A DNA stretch of 64,000 bases, taken from positions 496,001 to 560,000 of the forward strand of contig JAQGDQ010000001.1 in assembly GCA_030141605.1 (NCBI GenBank), in the 5' to 3' direction. Positions 27,770 through 40,463 of this stretch are shown piece after piece. This DNA is from Tubiluchus corallicola (lineage: Eukaryota; Animalia; Priapulida). Under the pieces are notes generated by a model. The model saw nothing but the letters and a program-made list of their open reading frames with translations, made no database searches and was not told where the DNA came from. The stretch's first letter is position 1, and each line of letters starts with the position of its first letter. A program made the position numbers and the translations under genes.

Positions 27770-27990
27770 ATTATGTTGCTTTACAATGTTACATTACGTT
27801 ACATTACCTTACACTTCATTTATTTATTACTCCTTTATCCTTCATTAGCATTTCGCTTAAGAACTCGTTATGCTTGCAGGCTAGGGCCAGGAAACTCAAA
27901 GGGTGGGTCGCCCTGGGTAGGAGAAGAGCAGCAGTATGGGATCTCTGACCTCTGGTTAAAGGGTCAAGGGCGTCGTCACGTTTTTCCATT
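27770..27990 (-). mobile_element. 3' end of a SINE/LINE-like repeat with (TGTAA)-type tail
   Basis: The minus strand ends in short tandem TGTAA/GTAAT units. The internal segment is similar to 15176-15225 on the opposite strand. Confidence 0.45.
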
Positions 27991-30900
27991 ACTTCACATC
28001 TCCTCACACAGCTTTTACATTTTTCACATTTTTTCACAAGTATTTAGATAGTGTGGAGTAGATGTGCACCTAGAATATTAAAAAGCTGGTTATCTTTAAA
28101 CGTCCGAGTTTGTAAATGTCCAAGAGCGGTGCCAAAATGTAGCATCTGGGAACCCATTTTTTTGGTGACCTTGTACACGCAGAGGGCTATGGACACAAAA
28201 CTCACCGGGCGAACTCATATACACATAGTTAGCCGTTAGGGAACGATGCTCATGTATGACCCGAGAATGCCAGGTCAAAGACCAGGGAGTGGGCAGATTT
28301 TCATTCATTTTTCGTTAAGCTCTTTTTTGCTCTTATGGTTGAAAATGGATCATTTAGATGGTGGAATAATTTTCAAATAAGAGAAATTCCCCAAAATGTG
28401 TGGATCGTATACAGACATTTTGCCAGTGTTGGAGAATAGTAACTTGTAACATATTAAAATATTAAAAGGGAAGTCTTAATGAGACAAATAAATACTGGTT
28501 GACTTGTGACCCCGTAATCCCACTAAGAGGCAAATTGGAGGCCGGAGAGAGAAATGCTTCCGTCAGGTGACACTAGATTGTGTATATATTGTGATATATT
28601 TTAACTTTTAAATAGTATGTTTAGTCATGATGTGTATGTAAACATCACTGTAATAATATGCAAACATCAGGTGTAATAATCACTTTATAACAAGTTACTG
28701 TACCGCTTTTATACAGTGCTATGTCGATAAACCGGTAACTCAGTTAGCAACCAGTGTTCTACTTCTGAACGTATGTTTACTTGTTTTATTTATACAGATG
28801 AATAGCACAAACTTGATGTTAGCAGCACATTAAGAAGAGAATTAAAAAACCTCGCTATAATATAACGAAGTTAATAATAAGTAACACGGGCGCCAAAAAT
28901 GATTGACTTTATTATTAAAAGTGTGTGGTTCAGTCTGAACATGTTTCTTCATTAATAGACACATTTACAGACACTCATTTATACGCATCATGTTACTCAC
29001 TTCAGGGTACTTAAAACACCCTTCACTAATCGGAAAATATTGAAAGCGTTTTGATAACGATATACCTAAGTTGTGATCCAAAAGCAATTGACATTACTTT
29101 TAGTCCAGAAATTCGCACATGGCTAGTTTTTGTCTGGTCGGTACGTTTACTTTATAACATGTAAGGAGTTCTCGAGTTCCCCTCACAATCGAGGTAAAAC
29201 AACGACAATGATAAATAATAATGATAACAATTACGACAACGATAGGGAGACAAGAACAAGAATAACGATGACGATGGCAACAAAAAATTGACGTCATTTC
29301 AACTGAGGGGCGTTACCATGTACCATGTTACCATTACTATAAGAGCACTCAAATACTGTAGAACTGAAATTGTACTAAAATGTTGAATTGTATTTTGCAT
29401 AGCGGATCTGTGTTTTAAAGTAAGTCATCATAATTTGCATTTGTCAAATATGGACGTCGGATTTCAATTGATAACAACATAATTAATATTTAATCATGTA
29501 AATTAACACCCTTACCATTATTGTCAGATGTACTGTGGATTGATTTATAATGTGTTAATATTTTGTCATTTATATTTTTGTAAATGTATAGTTAATGTTA
29601 TGGTTCGTTTTAATGAACTAAAATAAGATAATGAATTACACTGGATTGAACTGCAGCACTGTACTACAAAAATGTGTATAAGTTTCTGAGGGATTTAAAA
29701 AGTATTTTCATAAACGTAGCAAAAGGCATATCAATTGTTAGCACATTTCTGCAAAGCTGAGTCAATCGAAATTAGATTTCTGCATCACAAGTTACGTCGG
29801 GATATAGCTGTTTCATGTGGGAGTATGAAAAGGCATATGACGCCGATACAAAGTCTACATTTTATTTTATTTTGTTTCATTTTATTTTATTTCACATTCA
29901 TTAAAAGTAAACATTAAAAAATACGTAGCACGCACAACTGACGGTACTGACACTACTTGTCACGTGCACGACGTATGCTTAGTAGGAAGTTGTCCAAATA
30001 AATTTAACGCCAATGGTCGTTCTTACATAACGCTTGGAAAAACGGACACGAACTAGTAACGTCTCTTTTAATTATTTATCAGCCGTTCAGAAATCGATGA
30101 TTATGTTCCACAATTTTCCTGCTAAATACTTTTCCCCTCCATTCAAACTTCTATGTATATCATTCGCCAAGCAGTTAATCTTGCCTGCGATGAGACTGAT
30201 ACAGGGGCTTTCGTTGCTCAGCGCTCATTTTGCATGAAAGGCAGTATCACTTTCCTTGACAACCAAATTGAATTCAAATAGAGTAAGTAAATTGCGAAAC
30301 CATAGATGAACACACTGATGTAATCTAAAATGGCCAATATCAGGTTTGAGGGAGCGAGAATATAGATAAATCAATTTATTTTAAAAGCAGAGATTTAACC
30401 GCAAAAGCAGAAAAACAATGAATGGTGAGCACAGGTTGCTAAAACGCTTTCTATGTTTTGCAAGATTCGAAATTCAGCTTTTGCAGCTTAAATTACCACG
30501 AATTTCAACTTACCACAGGTCTTAATAATTTAGTCAACATTTTGACAATTTTTCGCAACGCTTCGGTCGGGTGCGGAGTTAATGTTGATCGTAAACTCTC
30601 CTAACAAAAGTTAATGAAACGTTAAAGAGATTCGCTAAGCACTAAGAGTCTAAGACAAGTGCAAGTACTGAAAACGCAGTTTAATTTGCCCAATTCTACC
30701 TCGTTACTGCACAGTGGGAGTGAAAAACGCCCTTCCTCTTTCGGGAAGTGGCCATTAGGAAAAGATCATATAGAGGAATCATCTTTTACATTAATCGAAT
30801 TTAGTTTACATATGAAGAATGTAATAATAACCGAACTGTACTTGCGGCGGCTAAAAATAATTCAAAAAAGATTAAAATATGTGCGTAAGTTTGTTCACAA

Positions 30901-31145
30901 TTAATCATTGATTGATTGATTATTAGTAATATTAAGCCATTATGCTTCTTAATGCAACAAGACCCTTGAGGGGTACAGCACTGGCGGTGTTCCCTCCAGT
31001 TTTCGGACTCTGAATTCGGGTGTCCTTGGTATGCATGCGCAGATGGTTAGCATCGAAAGCAACATTCGCCGAAGAAACGGCGAAGATACTATGTAGACAC
31101 TTTCCTCCATTACTGTGTGGATAGTCCGCTGTGTACCTGCCTACC

Positions 31146-31196
31146 AGATCTGACCGTCATCTGATCGCTCATTAGCGATAGATGACGGTCAGATCT
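31146..31196. repeat. Near-perfect inverted repeat (23-bp stem hairpin)
   Basis: AGATCTGACCGTCATCT-G-ATCGCT-CATT-AGCGAT-AGATGACGGTCAGATCT: 17-bp plus 6-bp perfect stems, 1-nt bulge, 4-nt loop. Confidence 0.95.
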
Positions 31197-34100
31197 TCGA
31201 AGGTTAGCGAAGCCTTAGCGCTTTTTTGAAGTGTGTACAACAACAACAACAACATCGAGTAACATCATAGCATCAAACTTTGTTTGTCAAACTAAAAGTT
31301 TGTCAGTTTCATTGTTTACACGAAAACTGACAAATTGGTTCGACGAAGAAAACTGATCGTCTAAACTGCTCTTAAGTAAAAAGAAGCCGTACGGGAATAA
31401 CTTAAATTGTTCAGTTTCCAACAAGTCTAGAAGTTGTTACGTGCAAGATCAAGAAACAGCATAAAAAAGTAAAGATGTAAAGTACTAGAGAATGTATGAG
31501 GACATATACCGCGCTTTATGTAAAATATTTATAAGAAAAGTTAAATAAAACACAAAAAACTCAAATAATAACAAACAAAAAAACACAAAGCAAGTACCTT
31601 TGTTAAATTGTTGCTTGTAATAATGCATTAGATGTGCAACTGTTAAAATAAAAAATCCATTAGGTAGCTTGTTTATTAAAACTGCTATCAAAGTGATTGA
31701 AAAGTTACAAAAAGTACGCATAAAAATTGCCCAGCAAAGATAATAAACTGAAAAAACTATTGATTAGACTACATGGATTTATTCTGTTCAGCAACATGAT
31801 TACTGGATTATTTTATATGTCAATGCATTTCAGTTGCAGTGTTTTTCTTTGACAATAATTTGACAGCTGCTTTCATGGGAATTTATATATTATTATTTTG
31901 CCGTTTTTGAAAGAAAAAAAGCAATTTGATAGTAAATGTGCGTGGCTAGAGGCAGTGGAAACCAACTAGCAAGAGAATATTGCAAAATTACTGTGTGCTA
32001 ACTTTTCGAAGTGAAGTGAAAAGGGGATTTTCGATTTTTTTGACAGAGATCCTAAATAATCAGTATTTTGGGCATTTTTGCAAAAATGGTAGTCATTATC
32101 AACAATTACTTGTGTATTCGTAAAACGCAGGCCTATACTCATTTTTATAAATGTAAACAATGGAGAGGGTGCCTCAGTAAGAACAACTGAAGGCCACATG
32201 CAGTATGTTTCTTGTGTTTGTGTGTTGTTAACTCAGCGTTCACTTTGTTTCGTTTTCAATTTGCAATTTATGTAAAAAATTCGTGCTTTGGATTTGACAT
32301 TGATGTGTCACTCTAGGTCAAATGTGGCATGTCACATGGAAAGCCCACTTGGTTTCGTATTGCCCATATTGATTTATCCTACCAAACTTCTGCATAATGT
32401 TCGGTAATTCTCTTTGAAAGCCCTTGGGCAACAGTGCCTTCAAAAGTTTGTGACTCTGAGTTCGATCGTGAACGCTTGTTAATTGCTCCAATACGGATTC
32501 CCATGTCACTGTTTTGAAAAGTGAGCTAGTTATGCATTTAATGACACCAAAATGTACACATTTCAAGGAGAGACCATTTTAAGCTTGTCCTTAAGTCTAT
32601 CTGTCTTTTATCTTACAGTATTTTTGTAATGTTCCATAACATCTGACCTCAGATTAACCACCAAATTGAATCATTCTAACCATAAAACTATTCTTAGTAG
32701 AAATGTTTCTTCATCCACTTAATAACATGATTAGCGTGTATTGTTTAGAAAATAAGAGAATGAGATGAAAGCATTCACTTAACTTAATTGATACTGTTTG
32801 CCCCTGTGAGCAAACAGTTGTTCAGTCTCCTCGGATTTAGCTCTATTGAGCTTATGTTTGGACTTTCAATACGAGAACGTTGAAACATTTAAAAATGTGA
32901 ATTGGTGACAATGGATTCAGTCCCTTAGCCTTAGGTTGCGTTTCAAGGGTAATTAACGCGAGTATATCAAAACCTGACAAAAGTGCAACTAACTAACCAG
33001 ATGATCTGTGTGAGATTGAACCAAAGATTGGTGTTGCCAAAATACGTCTGCAGTGGCTTGATAGGCAAAGTAGCTATGTTAAATGTCCAAAAAGCATTTA
33101 TACATGATGTGACAGTCGAGTATACTCGAGCACACAGACAAAACCTGTGACATCAGGCGGAGTACAATATCACTGATCATTTGGGGCATAAATAACATTT
33201 GTGAAGTTAGATCGAGAAACTCTTACGACAGGACTACACGTTGTGAAATATTGAATTCTAGTCGAGCAGAAATAGATCCTAATTAATAACTACAGACCAT
33301 TGTTCTCGAAGATTCTATCGAAAGTATTGTCAAATGTTATGAGACTGATACGCGCAAACCATGTATGTGAAGCAGAATCCCTACTGGGGTAATTCCTATG
33401 ATATTAAAACATTGGCAAAAGGGGATGAAATATGTATTAAAAGTGACAGCATAGAGCTAAATGACCGCCAGTGAAGTCCACCGTGCACATTAGTGGGGTA
33501 TGTACTGAGGGAGCATTGATGCACATTCATCATTTCTTTTCGGTTGTGAAAATGTTCGTATTTTGTGCATTAGATTAGGAACAATAAAATTAAAATCTGT
33601 CCTCAGTTGTTTTTTCCAATGCTGATTTGTATCACAACTGTTGGCAAATTGATACGGGACTTCCTTGGTTATAGGAAATTATAATATGTCAAGCTTAAGT
33701 CGTAATCTCATTGCAAAAGTGAACAGCAAGGAAGCAAATTTAATAATAAGAATTGAAAACATTCATAATTTTGATGAATTTATCATTTGAGTCACTTTTG
33801 CGTAACTCGATGAAATACATATCGCAATTTTTTACTGATCTATGTGTTATGTCTCTGTTGTAACTGTACAGGATTTCACGGTGTATTATTACCGACCGAA
33901 AACAAGCAATGCCGAATCTGGTGAGTGAAAAAATGGGTGACTGCCAGGAAAACTGTTTTCGGGTAGTTTCGTCTGTCTCACATAGGGAGAACACATACAC
34001 ATTCAAATGACACGTCACTAATGGTTCAGTTCCTCATCTTACAAGATTCTGTGACCTTGACTCTGTTTATATAAAAAAAACCCTGAGTGCTGGATCCCAA

Positions 34101-37100
34101 TGTGCAGCGGATTTATACGAAATTCCGGCACAACAATGAAGCGTTTTGTACGCCGGGTAAATGGGAAAAATTTAGCAGCTTTAGTTGACTGTACTCACCC
34201 TGGACGACCTGGGGATATATACTCTGTAATCCGCATGTTTAATACTCAATTCCACTCACATTCCAATATCTCAATTTTTCTTCTCACTTATGAAAGTCGA
34301 CGACATATCATAAATGAAGGTTCTTTTTTGCAAAAAAAATAGAAGACAGATTCGTTTTTACAAGCACCACGTCTCGTCCAACCGTTGAACTTTTCTTGTC
34401 AGTTATTTCTTGTGTCTAACACCAAAATCGATGATCAAGCATTCGTGCACGCAGCTAAATAACTAAGGAAATGCTTCAAAACACGGCGTCAGATGGCTGC
34501 AGTGACCAACGAGCCAAAGTCCTCTAGATGAAACAGATATGGGGTTCATATTCAACTAGCTTAGGGAAGAAAATATTATTCTGGCGAATTTAAAAACTAG
34601 TACAGTTCAGTTTATAAAGCCGTGGTTAATTTTTTTATTTAATTTTTTACGCAAGTTTTCGGCAGTTTTCCACTGTTTAATTTACAAAAGGAGTAATTAC
34701 TACCGAAGAAGGTAAACTTTTTAGCTTACATATAATAGTTGTCAAGAATTACATGATGAGCTGACCATTGAAATTAATTAAAAAATATATGGATATTACA
34801 CATTTTAACAAGTAACACGAATAGGAAGTAACTTAAAAGTGATGAGTGCAAAAGTTTTCAACGACTCAAGCGGTGGTAATGCAATGCGCCAGACATCATT
34901 CACTTCAGCATCAGCTGTAAACAGATCTCAATAAATTTTAAAAACGTTTATGTTTAGTAAATTTCAGCCGTTCACTTGACAGTTACAAAATACCTCTTCT
35001 GGCAGCTGCACAAAATTCGGTTTCAAAAGCATACGCAGTGCAGTTTGAATTTTAAAACGAGTTTTTGAATTTTATTTTTACTTCATTACAGGAGTGTCAT
35101 GAAATTATGGTGAAATTGTATAATAAAATACAAGTAAACATAGAAGTGCTAAATAAGTACAAGGTGCAAGTAAGTAAACGAAGAAAAAAGAAAATTATAA
35201 AAATACAATCACATCGCAAGCAATTAAAATCAAGGAGGTCTATCTAACATTGGATATATTAAAAAAGAACATAATTTGAGCATAGAACATTAAAAAATCA
35301 TTTGAACACTGTAATGACTCTTGCTTTTGCGCGAAACTGAGCACTTTTACGCTTAGAATAGACTTCCAGTTCAAATTTCATTCTACTTGCTGATTTAACG
35401 TATTTCAGAACACATTTTTCCACTACTGTGCATTTTTGTTGTTTGAATTGGTCTCAAAAACTTTATAGAATGTAGACATTAACAGGTTTATTTCTTTTTC
35501 AAGTCTCGCTACAGTAAATTTCGTTTTCGTGATTAGTTATCAATGAATCATTCTATAATTGATATAAATGAAGTTATGAAACGCCCTTGGTTATTTGGAT
35601 ATACAAGTATGAAATTCTATGTTTTTTTATCTAACATAAATGATACGCGAATTGTCCCCACTGTACGATCGCACCTACTACTATTATTGTAAAAGAAAAA
35701 AGAACAAAAAGGCTCTACTTTGGTCTACATTCATTTCATTTTATACGTTTATTTTCTACACGTTAGCTGTGTAACAAGACAAAAATTGCAATTTACGCAC
35801 ACTTTGCACATTTATATAACTCTATTTGACTGTACAGAGTTAATAAAGAAACACTGTATAAGAAAAAACACAAGAAGTTCTATCTGGTAGATTTTTGTCT
35901 TGCTCACATGCTTGGTAAAGAGCATCTGGCTTGCATACATTGTGTACACGAATCACAAACGAAAACACGTGGGGAATCCGTAAAAACACAAGACAAAATG
36001 CCAAGAAAACAGTTTGGAACAAATGATTCGCAGGCGTATGGTAGACGGCAGTGTTTGGCAAAAAAAACGTTTTTGCGTGATTTTTAAAGCTTTAGTGGAT
36101 CACGCACAATGTCCACGAAAAACTATTTGAGACTGTACATGATAACTAATTATGTACTATAATAACATAGATAAACCTCTTTTCAGATGTTTTTAAGTAT
36201 TTATAGACAACGTAACTCACTGTTAGAGTAAACCCAATGTAACATAGCATAGGGCAACAGATCACTGCCTGATGCAAAAATGCAGTGCACTTCCACGGAC
36301 TGCAATTCGGTACGCTGCAGTGTAAAGTACGGCATAAAACGATTCCATAAAATAGTGTTACGAACTTATGATAGCGTGAGTTGTGATGCGACATACAATA
36401 TGACGTAAGTGACACAAGACGATACAATACAGTATTTACAGGCTACGCTACAATACAACACACTATAAGCTCTGTCCCACGTGATATATACAGGCCTACA
36501 CCTCACAAACTTCTGAGAATGTCTACCTTCAAGTCGTTTAATCACTTGTGCTTTGGTGGATTCCTAACTGCAACATTTAAAGTGATTAATGTGATTTTTG
36601 ACAAAGGCAGCATTAGCACAAACACTTACCGTAACAGTTACTTGGCGACTTACGAATAACAATACAGGTAAAGACGCAACACGTAAATAACGATTAACAT
36701 GTAAGGCAACATATAGACCTAAATATCCTGGCGTGGCAGTGGCTAATCTCGAACCCAGGACGGCAACCACTAAGCGTGTGTGCAACCTGCAGTCGCGACA
36801 ACCGGCCGCCGAATTCCAACGTAATTTTCTCATTTTTTACGTTTTTTAAATTCGTTTTAATGATAAAGGCCTTGATAAATAAACTCGGAAAAAACCTTGG
36901 CGAATAACCTTTTTCATGGAAAATATGTTGGAGGATTGCAGGGAAAAATTTTTATTCACGCAACGATCGGTCAGACGTGGCCTACCTGCTTACATACTGT
37001 AACATACAGAATTATGAATCCAAATGAAGCTGTTAAAATGTTGAATTAACGAATCAGCTAGTGGAGTGGTTTAGTGCTAATATGGTGAAAATAAACCTTA

Positions 37101-38525
37101 CTTAATGTTCTTGCGTTTACGAGTGTTGTTTAGTTATTTGTAGACAATGCTAAATTTGTTGACGTAGAGCAATGTCGACTATGACGTTGAAATGGGCCCT
37201 AATGCCGATATACGACCGCCGAACAGAACTTGGAATAGTTGCTGATACTCTAAACGTGAAAAGCTATGGGCATGTCAACACCTCGGAGTTGAATAACCAA
37301 ACATCTAATCTTATTAATCTTTCTTTCTTACTGAAAAGCTTTTGCAGGAAATATTGTAGAGTAAAAAGCTTTGTTAATCCGAAGTTTGTATTAATTTTGC
37401 ATCATTTTCGTTTTTCTGCTCAAGGATGATTGTTTAGCGAAAAAACTCAAACTTGGATCCGCCTAGGGAATTTTCCACATTCCACCAGCAGCTGACATAG
37501 CAGAACAGGAGCAAACTTTCTAGAGACTCTGTGAAGCCGAGTAAAATTAGTTGTGTGTAATAACTCGCTGTGCTGAAGCCATACTGATTAGTTTCTTTAA
37601 CGCGGTATAAGTTTGTGAATTGAAAAGACGTGTTGGTTTTGTAAAAATCTGACAGGTAATAGAAGAATTTCTTGGTGGATAACAGCTTGACTCACTGTTT
37701 ATGAATTACAAACCAAATAAATAATAACAGCTAAATTACAGCGTTTAAGCTTCGATGAACTTGCAACTGCAACATTTGAAGTAGTAAATCTGTTTTATCA
37801 TTTTTAGGTTTTATTCGTTAAGTAAGCGGTGTCACTGCACTGCGAAGATTGTGTAGGTTTTCAATTGTTTCTAACCATAAATGCGGAATATTTAATGCCA
37901 AGCTTATACAGAAGAAAAGTTGGTGTAAACAAGTTTTTTGTGGTAGAAAATTCTTATTGAAATTTCGCTTCTATCTTTAACGATAATAGCCTATAGTTAA
38001 TTCCATGATTGTGATAGTGTGTTGGTCTGTTCCATAAGCTACCTCATATATAGCTAATAACATTGCACCCACAAAGAAGCAAATATATGTATAATGCAAG
38101 CGAATTTCTGAGACACTGGTTTTTTATTACTATAAGTCTATATATGGCAGTATTATGAGAACATGTAACATATAAATAACATATGAATATGTAATAAAAA
38201 TGGTAGAATGACATTATATGTATTTATATATAATACGACACTGGTCATTTATACAACGCTGCACTCGCGGAATAGAAGCCTTCAATAAGACAACTTATGA
38301 ACAAAGAAGTGAAAATGTTAATGTGTTAAGTGGAATGAGAAAATGCTGAGTGAATCTTTGTACGGTTTTATTAATGACAATTAGCCTGTGTAGAGCAAAT
38401 ATTTTAGAAATGTGAGAATATGATTTACGTTTTGCGAAAAATGATCAACTGAAAGAACGACTTTTCAAAGTTTTGCGGCACGCAAATGACTGTTAGATGA
38501 TGATAATCATATGTCTATTGAATAG

Positions 38526-39808
38526 CTAGCCTCTTCTGCCACCCCTCTTTCTCACTCGACGCTTCAGCTTTTTACGTTTCAGAAGACGTAATCTTTTCTT
38601 TTTTGCTAGCAACTGAGCTGCAGCGTCATCTGCACTTTCGCCATCTTCTCCTTCCTCACTTGTTGCTGCTTGCGCGCTACTGATACTCAAACCTAATAAC
38701 TCCTCCAAGTCGTCCAAAGTTAGTCCGCTTAGTAAATTGTCCTCTTCCTCCTCGAGGCGTCGAAGTTTTCGTCGTCGTCGTCTTGCCCGTCGTCGCCTCC
38801 TAGAGCGTCTTCTCCTACCACGCTTTCTTCCGCGTCTGCCACGTCGCCGGCGTCGTCTCGCTTCTAAGACCACATCGCCAGCTATTCCATTTTCTTCGTC
38901 AGATTCGTCATTTTCAAAGACAGCAATATCTCCTTTGAATGGCATCCAGTCCTCGCTATCTTCCTCTGTGCCATTTCTTGCTATGTTCACATCGGGTATG
39001 TCTTCAACTAAAGTTGTATCTGGAATATCTGTAGAGACTGTGACAGCTTGTTCGAGTATCCCTTCCACCTCACGTTCACACGAAACTTTTGTGCATATTG
39101 AAAGCTGAAAATGTATCAACAGTATTTTTTTACACAGGTTAGTACACTCCAAGTTAGTATCTACTACTCAGCAAGTGTAGCCATTGGGACCATCCTAATT
39201 AGCTAAGTTATCTAAGGTGAGTACACTGCCGGTTGAGGTGGTTTGGTTCCTTCTCGAGTACAAAAATATTCTGTTAAAGAGAGAAACAACGGCAGAAAAT
39301 GTGGCAAGTTGCCCAGGAGCGATTCTTCTGTTTGTCATCTACCCATTTATCAACAAACCCAACTCTGTTTAATTTTGAACTTATATGCATACAGTGAGCA
39401 TTAAGGTATTTTCTTGACCTACCTCAATGAACAAATGCATTTTTCAAAGCATTGACTAAATACCATTAACAATTAAATGTTATTCACATAATTTGAAACT
39501 ATGTCAGTTTTAGTGCAAAAACTGTCAATTTTAGAATTGCAGTCTCAACAAACTTTAATAAATACAAATCATTGAATTTAGCTTAATTAGTAAATGTTTT
39601 ACAGTGACTACAAAACGCTTGATTTTAAATACTTACAAATGCTTATAACTCTAAAATTTACAGATAAGTTATATGTATTCTAGAAATGTTTGTAGCCTAG
39701 ATAATAAATTTGAGTGTAACTGATTATTAAACATATTATTGTTGTAATTATTGTACTAACCAAAAAAATTTGCAACACTACCCAGGTGGCTATGGTTCGT
39801 AACGTCAT
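38526..39808 (-). CDS. Orphan secreted precursor (208 aa): signal peptide, acidic region, poly-Arg block, acidic spacer, Lys/Arg-rich C-terminal block
   Basis: Coding exons 39808-39761 (MTLRTIATWVVLQIFL; acceptor tttttag before 39826, donor gttagt) and 39104-38526 (acceptor ttttcag, phase 0). Splicing creates a plausible signal peptide MTLRTIATWVVLQIFLLSICTKVSC. The Arg block uses all six Arg codons, so it is not a microsatellite. TATA box upstream; AATAAA at 38372-38367. An in-frame start in the previous exon (39933 or 39915) is also possible. Confidence 0.8.
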
Positions 39809-40456
39809 CGTTGTTGGGATTTGGTCCTAAAAATAGAAATTATGGTAATAACAGAACAAGTAATTAAATGCGACGTATAAATTTAAGACAAGAAAGTTAC
39901 TGATCTGCATACCATTGCAATACCTTTAATCATCAGTTACATCTTCTAATTGGATTAGTTGTCTGATGATGATCAGAATTACAATAACACACACTTAACA
40001 TGCAACAACTTTGCAAGCAAAAGAATTACAAATTGGGCCTACGCTTTTCAAATTCACTTTTCACTTACCCCAGTTTTACTGAAATAAAGCATTATGGCTT
40101 TTAGAAAGTCTTATTAATGATTTTAAAAATTTTTAAAGAAAAAGAAATAACTCGCGAAAAAGTCAAGAGATACAAAAGATTTAACTGAAACAAGATGTAA
40201 CCCACTTGTCAAGAGATCAAGTTTAGTGGATGCTGACTGGAAGAAAACTTTCATCATTGAAAGGTGCTAGACATGTAATTTCGTAATTGTTCTGTAGAAA
40301 AATAAGAAACGCTTAATTTCGATTCAGGTTGTAACACATTAACGTACATTTACTTATACATACCTTCCAAAGCACCAAAGTACCCAACGCACTTAGAGCT
40401 TCCTTCACTTTTCCTCAATGCATGCGTTTGCAGCTAGAGGTTCATTAGGCTTGGTC

Positions 40457-40463
40457 TTTTATA
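40457..40463 (-). promoter_or_regulatory. TATA box of the Arg-rich precursor gene
   Basis: TATAAAA on the minus strand, ~95 nt upstream of a strong donor (AAG|GTATGT at 40364). This is consistent with a first non-coding exon of ~65 nt. Confidence 0.6.

Noticed and set aside
33020-33340. Faint RT-like words (KPVTSG, NNYRP)
   Set aside because: Too degenerate and out of the expected order to call a LINE fragment without an alignment.
36730-36820. B-box-like GGTTCGA motifs (also at ~25785 and ~9093) suggesting tRNA genes
   Set aside because: No cloverleaf could be built. At most these are decayed SINE heads.
38737-39108. Plus-strand Ser/Arg-rich 123-aa ORF
   Set aside because: Antisense shadow of the Arg-rich CDS with a TTG start. 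The minus strand has the splice, TATA and poly(A) support.
39105-39152. ORF-track N-terminus MECTNLCKKILLIHFQ
   Set aside because: TTG start; the segment is intronic and ends in the acceptor ttttcag.
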